From: Clostridia bacterium
GTDB taxonomy: Bacteria; Bacillota; Clostridia; Oscillospirales; Acutalibacteraceae
Assembly: GCA_024404025.1 (NCBI GenBank)
Contig: JAKSQP010000013.1
Coordinates: 6,258 to 70,257 of the forward strand
Reading direction: 5' to 3'
Length of the DNA: 64,000 nucleotides
Shown: positions 48,453 through 57,674 of the stretch, one piece after another
How the letters are laid out: each line of letters starts with the position of its first letter
How positions within the stretch are numbered: the stretch's first letter is position 1
The notes under the pieces: generated by a model
Databases searched by the model: none
Told to the model about the DNA's origin: nothing
The model's input: the letters and a program-made list of their open reading frames with translations, nothing else
Translations under genes and position numbers: made by a program

Positions 48453-49787
48453 TTATTTCTGCGGTCCGTTAAAGCCGTTTGCTTCCTGGAAAGCAGCAAT
48501 CTTTTCAATAACTCCGATTATAACATCGAAGCCGTTGCCGACTGTTTCGGCATCAAAACGGTCTGCGGTGTCACGGAATGTATGGTAATAATATGTGAGA
48601 ATGGGATTCTGAGCAGCAAAAGTAACTGACTTGATGCCTGCTTTTGTCATCGGCGTGCTGTCGCAGCCGCCGACGGGGTTATGGATACATCCACCTGTTT
48701 TGCTCTCGATTCCGAGTTCCTTGAATGTATCCTTGAACATCTGCTCAAGGTCCTTGTCGAAGCGTGTGAACTGCCAGTCATCTTTGATAACAACTTCAAA
48801 ATAATCCTTATCGGCAACCGAATCGGTGTTGATATTCCATGCGTTTTCAAGAATCGCTTCGCCCTTATGCTGCTCTATGAAAGCCATTGAACCTCTTAAG
48901 CCTGCCTCCTCCGAGCCGCAGTTGAAATCAATGATTCTGCAGTTTTTAGGCATCTTTTCGGGATTCTCTTTGAAATATTTGATAACCTCATAGCTGAGTG
49001 CGCAGCCGGTTGCGTTATCCATTGCACCCTTTGAAGCGTTTGCCGGGTCGGGATCAGCCCACATAATAACGAAAAAGCTTCCGATTGCGGTAATAATGGG
49101 AATAAAGTGCATTGCAAGGAGAAAATAGGTGAATGACTGCGAATAGAAAATATTCATCGCCCAGGGAGCATTGAAATAGCGTCCGAAATAAATTGCGGAC
49201 ATAAAAATCGAAACGCCTGCCATAAAGAAGAAGCAGATGGCTCCGAATCCGACTTTACCGTAGGTTGCGATAATACCTTTAACGGGGTTATCTCTGTATT
49301 TGTATGTATGCTCGGAATGCTTCCAGTTCCAGCTTGTGTCCGTATGGCCCGAAAGAATGATTGTGTAATCATATTTTCCGTCTTCGGGAACAAGCTCACC
49401 GTAAACATTCTGCGAAATTTTTCTCTTGAAGAACATATCAAACCAAGGCTTATAAAGGAATACGCTGAAGATAAGCCAGACAATAACGGCGATTGAGCCG
49501 AGTGCCATGCCGAACCATACTGTTGAAATGCTCATTGCAACGTATGTGAGTGCGCTGAGGATAACGCCTGCCCAGCCGGCATAGGGAATGCCACCGATTG
49601 ATGCTCTCGGAGAAACCGCAAATTCTTCTTTTTTAGGCTCAATTCCGATTTCACGGAGCTTGTCGCCCATATAATTTGCATATTCTCTTTCGCCTTCCGA
49701 GCCGGGAAGCCTTGAGCCGACAACTTCCGAAGCATATTTGACTATGTCATAAGCTTCGTTGGCATATTTTCTGTTTTCTTCTTTCAT
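48453..49787 (-). CDS. M28 family peptidase with inserted TM segments
   Basis: RLPGSEGE, SGHTDT, GAMDNATG, GSEEAGLRGS and YYHT motifs. Confidence 0.85.
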   Translation of the reverse strand: MKEENRKYANEAYDIVKYASEVVGSRLPGSEGEREYANYMGDKLREIGIEPKKEEFAVSPRASIGGIPYAGWAGVILSALTYVAMSISTVWFGMALGSIAVIVWLIFSVFLYKPWFDMFFKRKISQNVYGELVPEDGKYDYTIILSGHTDTSWNWKHSEHTYKYRDNPVKGIIATYGKVGFGAICFFFMAGVSIFMSAIYFGRYFNAPWAMNIFYSQSFTYFLLAMHFIPIITAIGSFFVIMWADPDPANASKGAMDNATGCALSYEVIKYFKENPEKMPKNCRIIDFNCGSEEAGLRGSMAFIEQHKGEAILENAWNINTDSVADKDYFEVVIKDDWQFTRFDKDLEQMFKDTFKELGIESKTGGCIHNPVGGCDSTPMTKAGIKSVTFAAQNPILTYYYHTFRDTADRFDAETVGNGFDVIIGVIEKIAAFQEANGFNGPQK

Positions 49788-49940
49788 TATCAACCATCTC
49801 CCATTTAATTTAGGATTAGTATATCATTACATTTTATGATATTAATTCTTTTTTAGAATTATGGTAAACAATTTTCCGTTAAGATTGAAAAAAATATATA
49901 TTCATGTTACAATATTTAAAAAAAATTTCGGAGAAAAATT

Positions 49941-50624
49941 ATGATAAAGGTTATTTTATGGGATGTTGACGGCACTCTGCTTGATTTTCTTGCTGCGGAA
50001 AGAAAAGCCCTCAGAAGCTGTTTCGAATATTTCGGAATCGGCAAAGCAACCGATGAGATGATAGGCAGATATTCGCTTATCAATAAAAAATATTGGAAAA
50101 TGCTTGAAGCCGGTGAAATTGACAAGCCGGGAGTTCTTCGGGGCAGATTTGAAGAATTTTTCAAAAGCGAAGGCATCAGCTTCAATGATTTTGATGCGCT
50201 TAACGGCGAATATCAGATAAGGCTCGGTGACACGATACGCTTTTTTGACGATTCATACGATATAGTAAAAAATCTCAAAGGGAAAGTCAAACAGTATGCG
50301 GTCACAAACGGAACTGTTCGAGCGCAGACAAAAAAACTGAAAAAATCCGGGCTCGGAGAGCTTCTTGACGGCGTTTTTATTTCTGATGAAATCGGATATG
50401 AAAAGCCGACAAACGAATTTTTCAATTTTGTTTTCAACAAAATCGGAAAATACGAAAAGGACGAGATCCTCATTATCGGCGATTCGCTCACAAGCGATAT
50501 TCAGGGCGGAAACAATTCCGGCATTCTCTGCTGCTGGTATAACAGAAATCACGAACAGGCTCCCGACGGAATGCGGATCGACTATAATATAGATAATTTG
50601 AATAAGATATACGGAATAATTTAA
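49941..50624 (+). CDS. YjjG family HAD pyrimidine nucleotidase
   Basis: WDVDGTLLDF, VTNG, GYEKP and IIGDSLTSDIQGG motifs. Confidence 0.93.
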   Translation: MIKVILWDVDGTLLDFLAAERKALRSCFEYFGIGKATDEMIGRYSLINKKYWKMLEAGEIDKPGVLRGRFEEFFKSEGISFNDFDALNGEYQIRLGDTIRFFDDSYDIVKNLKGKVKQYAVTNGTVRAQTKKLKKSGLGELLDGVFISDEIGYEKPTNEFFNFVFNKIGKYEKDEILIIGDSLTSDIQGGNNSGILCCWYNRNHEQAPDGMRIDYNIDNLNKIYGII

Positions 50625-50705
50625 GGAGGGCGTCGGCTCTCCTTATTTTTTTCTTGACGGCAAAAAGAAAAAATGCTATCATCAAATAAAAAGGAGGCAG
50701 TTAAT

Positions 50706-52664
50706 ATGAAAAAATTTCTTTCTTTTATTCTTGCGGCCTTAATGGCATTTTCTGTTATATCAACGGCATTTGCGGATGACATATTAACTAATGAATTAAT
50801 GATTTATGATTCTCAATCTGGCAAAGCCCTGCCCATCATCATTTCTTCCGATGCAGGCGCAACAGACAGAACTGCCGCATCAAAGCTTCAGTATTATCTT
50901 AAAGAATGCACCGGCGCAGACTTTGAAATCATTTCAAAGGGAAATGAGGGCATTTTCGTAGGTTCCGCCGGAGCTGAAAAGATGGATATGTCTTCATTAA
51001 ATGATGAGGATTATCGCATTAAAGCCGTTGAAAACGGCCTTGCAATAGCGGGAATCGGCAAACGAGGCACTATTTACGGCGTTTTTGCTTTCCTTAAGGA
51101 TTTCTGCGGATGCCGCTGGTTTTCGGATAAGCTGATCGTTACCCCCGAAGCACCGGTTATCAGCATTGCAAAGGATACCGATGTTATCTTCAATCAGACC
51201 TTTGAATACCGTGAAACCGACTGGATAAGCCCGACCGATCCCGAATTTTCTCTCGCAAATCAGCTTAATTCCGGCGTTTACAGACATTTTGACGAAGCCA
51301 ACGGCAGCAATGTCAACTACATAGGTCCGGGCTTCTGCCATACTCTCGCCAACAGCTACTGCGCCGCTTCAAAATATTTTGAAACGAAGCCGGAGCTTTT
51401 CGCTCTTCATAACGGCAAGCGCACGGGCGACCAGCTCTGCCTTTCAAATGAAGAAACCTATCAGATAGTTCTCGATGAGGTAATGGGATACCTCGCAAAT
51501 GTTGATAAAAACGATAAGAATCTTCAGATTCTCTCGCTCACGCAGCACGACAATCAGCATTATTGTATGTGCGACAAATGCAAAGCATCTGATGAAAAAT
51601 ACGGTTCGCACGCAGGCTCGCTTCTTCTCTTCATAAACCGCATTGCCGAAGCGGTTGAAAACGCAGGCTATAAAAATGTTGCAATTGATACCTTTGCATA
51701 TCAGTATACCCGCAAAACTCCGGTAGGTATCGTTCCGAGAGACAATGTTATAGTTCGCCTTTGCTCGATCGAATGCTGCTTCTGCCATCCTCTTGACGAT
51801 CCGAAATGTTCAAAGAACGCCGATTTTATGGATGATCTGCGTGCATGGAGCAAAATTTGCGACAGACTTTATATCTGGGACTACACAACTAACTATGCTC
51901 ATACTCTCATAACATTCTCCGATTTCGGCGTTATTCAGAAAAATATGCAGATATTTGCCGAAAACGGCGTTAAGGGCGTTTATGAAGAAGGCGCATATTA
52001 TGCTAAAGCGGTAAACGGAGAATTTGCCGACCTTCGTGCATATCTGCTTTCACGCCTTATGATAGATCCTTATATGGATTATAAAAAGGAAATGAACGAA
52101 TTCCTTGAGGCTTATTACGGCGGCGCTGCTCCTTTTATAAAGGAATATCTTGATATTCTTGAAAAAGAACAGTCCGAAAACGGCCACATGCCCATTTATA
52201 TCGGCACCGAAGAAATATACAGAACTCTCCGCAAAAAAGACATCGAACATATAAATGAGCTTTGGGAATCGGCAGTCAACGCAAACGGAAACGAATTCCA
52301 GAAAGCAAATGTCAGAAGAAGTGAGATCACCTGGCTCGCCTGGAAAGCGGAAAATAAGAAAGATAATTTCTCCCGCCTTCATCTCCCGTCGGTCTGGATG
52401 GCTTCAAACGAATATTTCTATGACCGTCTGCTTGAAGAAAATGTCACCACCTTAAGTGAGGGCAGCGACGGGCTGATAACAGATCCGGCATTCAGAAAAT
52501 ATATCATTTCAACCGATCCGTATTTCTGGAAAACCTCAAAGCTCGGAAATGAAAAGGTTATCAACGAGCACACAAAGAAATATGACACTTATATAAATCT
52601 CGAAAAGAATTTCGGAAAGATTCTCAAACCGTTGTTTGATATTCTCTATTTCGTTTTCGGTTGA
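50706..52664 (+). CDS. Exported DUF4838-domain protein (GH-like)
   Basis: Signal peptide; GH20/67-type N-domain (AASKLQYYL..CTG); GPGFCHT, CMCDKC, FAYQYT and YIWDY motifs. Confidence 0.8.
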   Translation: MKKFLSFILAALMAFSVISTAFADDILTNELMIYDSQSGKALPIIISSDAGATDRTAASKLQYYLKECTGADFEIISKGNEGIFVGSAGAEKMDMSSLNDEDYRIKAVENGLAIAGIGKRGTIYGVFAFLKDFCGCRWFSDKLIVTPEAPVISIAKDTDVIFNQTFEYRETDWISPTDPEFSLANQLNSGVYRHFDEANGSNVNYIGPGFCHTLANSYCAASKYFETKPELFALHNGKRTGDQLCLSNEETYQIVLDEVMGYLANVDKNDKNLQILSLTQHDNQHYCMCDKCKASDEKYGSHAGSLLLFINRIAEAVENAGYKNVAIDTFAYQYTRKTPVGIVPRDNVIVRLCSIECCFCHPLDDPKCSKNADFMDDLRAWSKICDRLYIWDYTTNYAHTLITFSDFGVIQKNMQIFAENGVKGVYEEGAYYAKAVNGEFADLRAYLLSRLMIDPYMDYKKEMNEFLEAYYGGAAPFIKEYLDILEKEQSENGHMPIYIGTEEIYRTLRKKDIEHINELWESAVNANGNEFQKANVRRSEITWLAWKAENKKDNFSRLHLPSVWMASNEYFYDRLLEENVTTLSEGSDGLITDPAFRKYIISTDPYFWKTSKLGNEKVINEHTKKYDTYINLEKNFGKILKPLFDILYFVFG

Positions 52665-52671
52665 TTTCGTA

Positions 52672-52695
52672 CCCGCTCCGCAAGGGGCGGGTTTA
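52672..52695 (+). terminator. Terminator after the DUF4838 gene
   Basis: CCCGCTCC-GCAA-GGGGCGGG stem followed by TTTATT. Confidence 0.65.
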
Positions 52696-52730
52696 TTCTG
52701 CAAAGAGGCAAAAAATATTTTAAAAAAGTG

Positions 52731-52758
52731 TTGACTTTTAAAACAGATTGTGTATAAT
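52731..52758 (+). promoter_or_regulatory. sigmaA promoter for tRNA-Gln
   Basis: TTGACT (52731-52736), 16 nt, TATAAT (52753-52758). Confidence 0.75.
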
Positions 52759-52784
52759 ATATATCCGTAGCCCGCAAAAAATAT

Positions 52785-52858
52785 TGGGGAATTGTGTAAA
52801 GGTAGCACTGCAGACTCTGACTCTGCCTGTTGGGGTTCGAATCCCTATTCCCCAGCCA
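52785..52858 (+). tRNA. tRNA-Gln (anticodon CTG)
   Basis: 74-nt cloverleaf: acceptor TGGGGAA/TTCCCCA, anticodon arm GCAGA-CTCTGAC-TCTGC, T-loop TTCGAAT, encoded CCA. Confidence 0.97.
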
Positions 52859-52897
52859 AAAAAGAAATCCGAACTTTATGTTCGGATTTCTTTTTTT
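52858..52897 (+). terminator. Strong intrinsic terminator of tRNA-Gln
   Basis: AAAAAAGAAATCCGAAC-TTTAT-GTTCGGATTTCTTTTTT. Confidence 0.9.
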
Positions 52898-53293
52898 GAC
52901 TGTTTCGGAATGGGATTCCGCCGCAAAGCGGCTGATTCCCATATTACGAGCGCAAGCGAGTAACAAGGTTCTCGAATGTTTACGAAATCTTTGATTTCGA
53001 CTAAACATTCAGAGGTTCTTATTCCCCCAGCCGAACTTTATGTTCGGATTTCTTTTTTTGACTGTTTCGGAATGGGATTTCGCCGCAAAGCGGCTGATTC
53101 CCATATTACGAGCGCAAGCGAGTAACAAGGTTCTCGAATGTTTACGAAATCTTTGATTTCGACTAAACATTCAGAGGTTCTTATTCCCCCAGCCGAACTT
53201 TATGTTCGGATTTCTTTTTTTGACTGTTTCGGAATGGGATTTCGCCGCAAAGCGGCTGAATCCCATATTACGAGCGCAAGCGAGTAACAAGGT
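52869..53293. repeat. Tandem array of a 162-bp structured unit (2 full copies plus a 101-bp partial copy)
   Basis: Unit starts at 52869, 53031 and 53193. Only two variable sites: 52918 C versus T in later copies, and 53260 A versus T. Each full unit ends in a tRNA-3'-like GGTTCT-TATTCCCCCAG. Confidence 0.95.
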
Positions 53294-53436
53294 AAGACAG
53301 TTCAAGTCGACGCTGTTAATTTTTGGATTGCTCGGTATATAATTGACATAAAAAAATATGTATGTTATATTAAAAATGAGCCGGAAATACGGGCTCCGTT
53401 TAATAACAAAATCGAATTATATTTTGAGGTGAAAAA

Positions 53437-54060
53437 ATGGGCTTTTTAAAAAACATTATTAAAAACTCAGTTGACGAAGGTATCAGCAAAGGTATTCGTG
53501 ATGCAGTAAGCTCTGCAGCGGAAAAGATCATTGCTCCGGCAGCAGAATCCTATGCAAACAAGGTGGCGGATTCTTTTGACGAAGCTGCGCAGGCTGTCGA
53601 TTCCGCTTCTGCCGAAAGCAGGCCGGAACAAAAAAGCGCCGTTTCTTCTCTGGAAGATTCACTTAACAGGTTATCGAAGTCGGCAGAAAAATATGCCGCA
53701 ACTTTGGAAAAGGCCGCCGCTTCGCAGGAAGATTTGATCAAGATGTGGAATGAAAGAATTCCCGATTTCCCCGTGTGGTGCTTCGGCGGAACGGATTTTT
53801 GGTTTGATGATAACAGTAATGACATAGGCACTTACTATGTATTCAATGCAGAAAATACCACGCAGGATGGATTGGATCTGTATATTGCTCTGCTGAAGCA
53901 GAACGGTTTCGTTCGCAAATATGCCTCTGCCGATGAATTTCTGTATAAAGATCTGGGCGGCGAATATCTGCTGTTCGGCTGTACCGATGCTTTCGGCACC
54001 GCTCCCGTGATGTCTGTCTCTATGGGCCGAACAAAAGACAGAAGTGAAATTGAATGTTAA
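53437..54060 (+). CDS. Hypothetical protein
   Basis: 207-aa ORF with an Ala-rich helical N-half and a globular C-half; promoter TTGACA-17-TATATT at 53343-53371; RBS GAGGTG. Confidence 0.75.
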   Translation: MGFLKNIIKNSVDEGISKGIRDAVSSAAEKIIAPAAESYANKVADSFDEAAQAVDSASAESRPEQKSAVSSLEDSLNRLSKSAEKYAATLEKAAASQEDLIKMWNERIPDFPVWCFGGTDFWFDDNSNDIGTYYVFNAENTTQDGLDLYIALLKQNGFVRKYASADEFLYKDLGGEYLLFGCTDAFGTAPVMSVSMGRTKDRSEIEC

Positions 54061-54211
54061 CCTTGTTAAACGGCATAATCAAACTCAAAAAATTTTATAA
54101 AGCAGTGAACGGCTCCTTGTCTTGAAAAAATTCTGATGTTCAGCAGGAGCGTGAAGATCTCTTCCATCAAGGACGGTTAAATGCACTCTATAATTGAGCA
54201 AAAATAATCCG

Positions 54212-54264
54212 AAAAAACACCGGGCAGTTTAAAGGCGAATGCCGATAAACTGCCCGGTGTTTTT
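54212..54264. terminator. Bidirectional intrinsic terminator
   Basis: AAAAAACACCGGGCAGTTTA / TAAACTGCCCGGTGTTTTT. Confidence 0.8.
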
Positions 54265-54273
54265 ATTCTGATT

Positions 54274-54854
54274 TTAAATTTTGAATTTCTTAAACCAATG
54301 CGGATAAAGTCCGATGATCACAAATGTTGAAACGGCATATCTGAAGAGTCTGTAAGTAAGCTCAAGCCACTCGGCGCTTATTGCCTTTGCAGGCAATTTG
54401 AGCAGAAGGCTGACAACCGCAAAAACCGCAACTCCCAGAACGGGTCTGACAATATAGCTCCACCATTTTTCCGCCTTTTCAAAGTTGACCTTCTTTTCCT
54501 CATAAATGAATCCGAGAAGCAGACCGATAAAACATCCGTCGGATAGTGAACTCCGAGATATACACGGGAAAGGCCGATAAAAAACGGAAACAGAATTCCG
54601 AGCGCAATAAGCGGCTTCGTTTTTGTTTCGTGGGCGAGCGTTCCGAAAATCATTTGTTCCGGAGAGGGCAAGAGCGGCTCTGCGGCCTAACTGCTTATCA
54701 ACGCACCAGTAAATAAGACCGAGAACGAGAATCACAAGATATTCATAACCGAACAAGGTGAAAAACGTTGCGGCGGCGGTAAGCAGACTGTTGCTGACCG
54801 ATTAAAACAGCTCCATAAGCTGTATTTCCCAACCAAAAAAGAAAACATTACCCA
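54274..54854 (-). pseudogene. Disrupted PAP2-family phosphatase
   Basis: ATG 54854 gives MGNVFFFGWEIQLMELF then in-frame TAA, then SVSN...LIYWCVDK. The SRVYLGVHYPTDV motif is in another frame, and the KxxxxxxRP and PSGH motifs are missing. Confidence 0.85.
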
Positions 54855-54896
54855 TAAAACTTTATCATTCCATCATTTTGCTGTATATATTCAGCA

Positions 54897-56105
54897 TCAT
54901 TTCATATAACTTCCGGGAACTTCTATAACAAGATCGCTCAACGGGAATGCGGCGCAGGGATGAATATAACCGCATTCAATGTCGGTAAATCTTCTGCCGT
55001 CGTTTTCTTTCGGAGTGTATGCTTCTCCGCTGACAAGCTTTGAACGGCACCATCCGCATTCGCCGCTTCTGCAGCGTGACGGAGCGGGGATGCCTGCTTT
55101 TTCAATGGCGGCAAGCACCGGCTCATCTGCATTCGCCTTGAATTTATATTCGCTTTCTCCGATGATGACTGTTACATCAAAAGCTTTGCCTGCGGCTTCC
55201 TCCGGATAATCCTCAAACGAAGCAACATTTTTTGTTACGCCGAGCAGCTCACGGCGGACAAATTTTCTTTCAATGCCGAGAGATTCAATTTCCTTTTCGG
55301 CAAAGCGATACATAGCTTCCGGTCCGCACATAAAGATTGAATATCCGCCTTCGGGAGCATATTTTTTAATAAGCTTTGCATTTATGAAACCGTTTTCAAA
55401 GCCCTTTTTCTTTTCATCCGAAAGCACGTGAACAACCTTGACCTTGCCGCATTCCGCTGCGACCTCATCAAGCTCTTTTTTGAAGAGAATATTTTCTTCC
55501 GTTCTCGAGCCGAAAAGAATTGTAAGGTTAAAATCTTCAAGTCCGTCACGAATCGCATAAGCCATTGAAAGAAACGGAGTTATTCCGCTTCCGCCTGCGA
55601 TGGCAATAACGTTTTCCGCATCACGAAGCTCTTCGTAATAGAATGTTCCTTCAGGGCCCGAAATGATAACTTCATCGCCGACCTTGAAATTTTCAAGCAT
55701 ATAGGGAGCAGCAAAGCCGTCTTTAACATTTCTGACCGTGATTTTAACTATGCCCTGCTTTGCCTCAAGCGGAGAGGAACATATTGAATAAGGTCTTGTA
55801 ACAAGGCTTCCGTTGATTTTGAGAAGAACGCTTACATACTGACCTGCTCTGAAAAAAGCAGCCTCGGAGGAATCCGCTTTTTTGAAAACGAAGGTCTTTG
55901 CATCAGCGCCCTCGTGAACGATGATTTCGGAAATGACCATCTTCTGAAAATCGGGATGGAATTTCTTTGCAATTTCATTGATTCTGAAAGTCGGGTTAAT
56001 ATCATTGGCTTTTGCTTTTCTTATCGCAGCTTCACGGTTGGTAATAAGACCGGCAAATTTTTTGAGATCCGCCGCTCCGGAATTGACCTTGAATTTCATA
56101 GCCAT
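54897..56105 (-). CDS. FAD/NAD(P)-binding reductase with a C-terminal 2Fe-2S ferredoxin (PaaE/KshB-like, FNR family)
   Basis: RPYSICS, AIAGGSGITPFLSM, MCGP and CRSGECGWC...C motifs. Confidence 0.9.
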   Translation of the reverse strand: MAMKFKVNSGAADLKKFAGLITNREAAIRKAKANDINPTFRINEIAKKFHPDFQKMVISEIIVHEGADAKTFVFKKADSSEAAFFRAGQYVSVLLKINGSLVTRPYSICSSPLEAKQGIVKITVRNVKDGFAAPYMLENFKVGDEVIISGPEGTFYYEELRDAENVIAIAGGSGITPFLSMAYAIRDGLEDFNLTILFGSRTEENILFKKELDEVAAECGKVKVVHVLSDEKKKGFENGFINAKLIKKYAPEGGYSIFMCGPEAMYRFAEKEIESLGIERKFVRRELLGVTKNVASFEDYPEEAAGKAFDVTVIIGESEYKFKANADEPVLAAIEKAGIPAPSRCRSGECGWCRSKLVSGEAYTPKENDGRRFTDIECGYIHPCAAFPLSDLVIEVPGSYMK

Positions 56106-56107
56106 AA

Positions 56108-57649
56108 TTATTTGCCCTCCTTTTCAAAATCTGCCATTGCCTTCTGCGCAATGATCTGTCCGTCGGCATAAGCGCTCGAATAGCCATCTCCTCGAACGCC
56201 GTTTGTTCCTACGGGATAAAGCCCTTTGACCTTGTAGTCAAGGCCCATCGTCATTTCAATCGTTCTGGCAATTATTCCGTCCCATTCTCTTGTTTCGTAG
56301 CCGTAAACCGCACCCTCCGGAGAATTGAGATAACGGGCAAAGGTATAGGGCGAAGCAACCGTTATTTCCTCAATGGCATCTGAAATATCTATGCCTGCCT
56401 TTTCCTTGAGGGAATTGATGAATTTCTTCGCCATGGCGGTTTTGAGCCTATAATAATCCTCTTCTTTCAGATTATCGAAATCCGTTCCCGAAGTGAACAT
56501 CGTTGTGAACGAGCAAACGCAGGTTCCTTCGGGCGAGAAACCGTGATTATGAACATTATAGCAAAGGAAAATCGAATAATTATTTGTGCTGATCCTGCGC
56601 AGAGAATTATACTCCGCAACGGAATCGGATGACTGCGGAAGAAAGATGCTGTAATCCTTGATTCCAAGCTCTTCAATGCTCTTGTTGAGGCCGAAATATG
56701 CCGTGAACATTCTTGCGCCGAGCTTTCTCTTTCTTGCGGCGCAGAGTTTCTTTTCTCTTTCGGGAACAAGATTTTTCGGAATCATTTTTCCGTAAACAAT
56801 ATCGGGATTTATGTTTGCAAGAATGCCGTATTCTGCTTCAAATGTGCCGAGATTCGTTTTAACGGCATAACATTTGTCACCCTTGAAAAGGAACTCATCC
56901 GCTCTGCATCCCATCATAATTTCTCCGCCGAGCTCACGAAGCCTTTCAACCATTCTGACCGAAATATCGTGAGAGGTATGCTTCGGGAAATATGCCGAAA
57001 ATTTAACATAGCTGTTGACCATCGAGGCATAGTGAAGGAACGAGAGGTTATCCATATCAACGCCGAGATATGACCAATAAACCGAAAGAATATCCTTTGC
57101 TTTTTCGGGCAGACCGAGAGCGTTGAGAATATCGTTTGTGCAGTATCCGCCGGAACGGACCATGGGCATAAACTGCTTTATTATGTCTGCGGGGTTTATT
57201 TCATCGGAACTGAGATAGGCAAGTCCGTCTTCAATATTCTGCATAAGCTCAAAAAATCTTAACATTGCCGGCCTTGAGCCCGGAACATAAAATTCCATTT
57301 TGTCGATGAATGCATCAATGCCGGACGGCATTGTTACATCCATATCCGTTCCGTCCGAATATTTTGAGATGACTCTGAAACAGTCGCTTGCTTCGACCCA
57401 TTCAATATCAACGCCGTATCTGTTGAAAATCTGACGGGTACCGCCGGGATTTTCAGCGCTGCCGACTCCGCACAATTCGTGAAGAGAGGGGTCAAATTCA
57501 AATCTGCCTCTGACAAATCCCGTTGCGCAGCCGCCGGGAATATTATGCTGCTCAATGAGAAGAACTTTTCTTTTGCTGACCGCAAGCTCAAGAGCGGCGC
57601 TCAATCCTGCGCAGCCAGCGCCGACAACAATATAATCATATTTTTTCAA
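56108..57649 (-). CDS. Phytoene desaturase/RetSat-like FAD-dependent oxidoreductase
   Basis: VVGAGCAGLSAA...IEQHNIPGGCATGFVRGRFEFD..LH, SPYTFARYLNSPEGAVYG and GLYPVG motifs. Confidence 0.88.
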   Translation of the reverse strand: MKKYDYIVVGAGCAGLSAALELAVSKRKVLLIEQHNIPGGCATGFVRGRFEFDPSLHELCGVGSAENPGGTRQIFNRYGVDIEWVEASDCFRVISKYSDGTDMDVTMPSGIDAFIDKMEFYVPGSRPAMLRFFELMQNIEDGLAYLSSDEINPADIIKQFMPMVRSGGYCTNDILNALGLPEKAKDILSVYWSYLGVDMDNLSFLHYASMVNSYVKFSAYFPKHTSHDISVRMVERLRELGGEIMMGCRADEFLFKGDKCYAVKTNLGTFEAEYGILANINPDIVYGKMIPKNLVPEREKKLCAARKRKLGARMFTAYFGLNKSIEELGIKDYSIFLPQSSDSVAEYNSLRRISTNNYSIFLCYNVHNHGFSPEGTCVCSFTTMFTSGTDFDNLKEEDYYRLKTAMAKKFINSLKEKAGIDISDAIEEITVASPYTFARYLNSPEGAVYGYETREWDGIIARTIEMTMGLDYKVKGLYPVGTNGVRGDGYSSAYADGQIIAQKAMADFEKEGK

Positions 57650-57674
57650 TTTTCTTTCCTCCGCCTTTTAAAAT

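Noticed and set aside
52646-53008. 120-aa minus-strand ORF across tRNA-Gln
   Set aside because: It is the antisense reading of the tRNA, its promoter and the repeats, with no recognisable protein features.
52869-53293. The 162-bp array as a CRISPR array
   Set aside because: Whole units are nearly identical, so there are no unique spacers; the unit is far longer than a CRISPR repeat and no cas genes are in the window.
54061-54210. Small ORFs or a gene remnant between the hypothetical gene and the terminator
   Set aside because: All frames are short (<35 aa) with no convincing RBS or recognisable motif.
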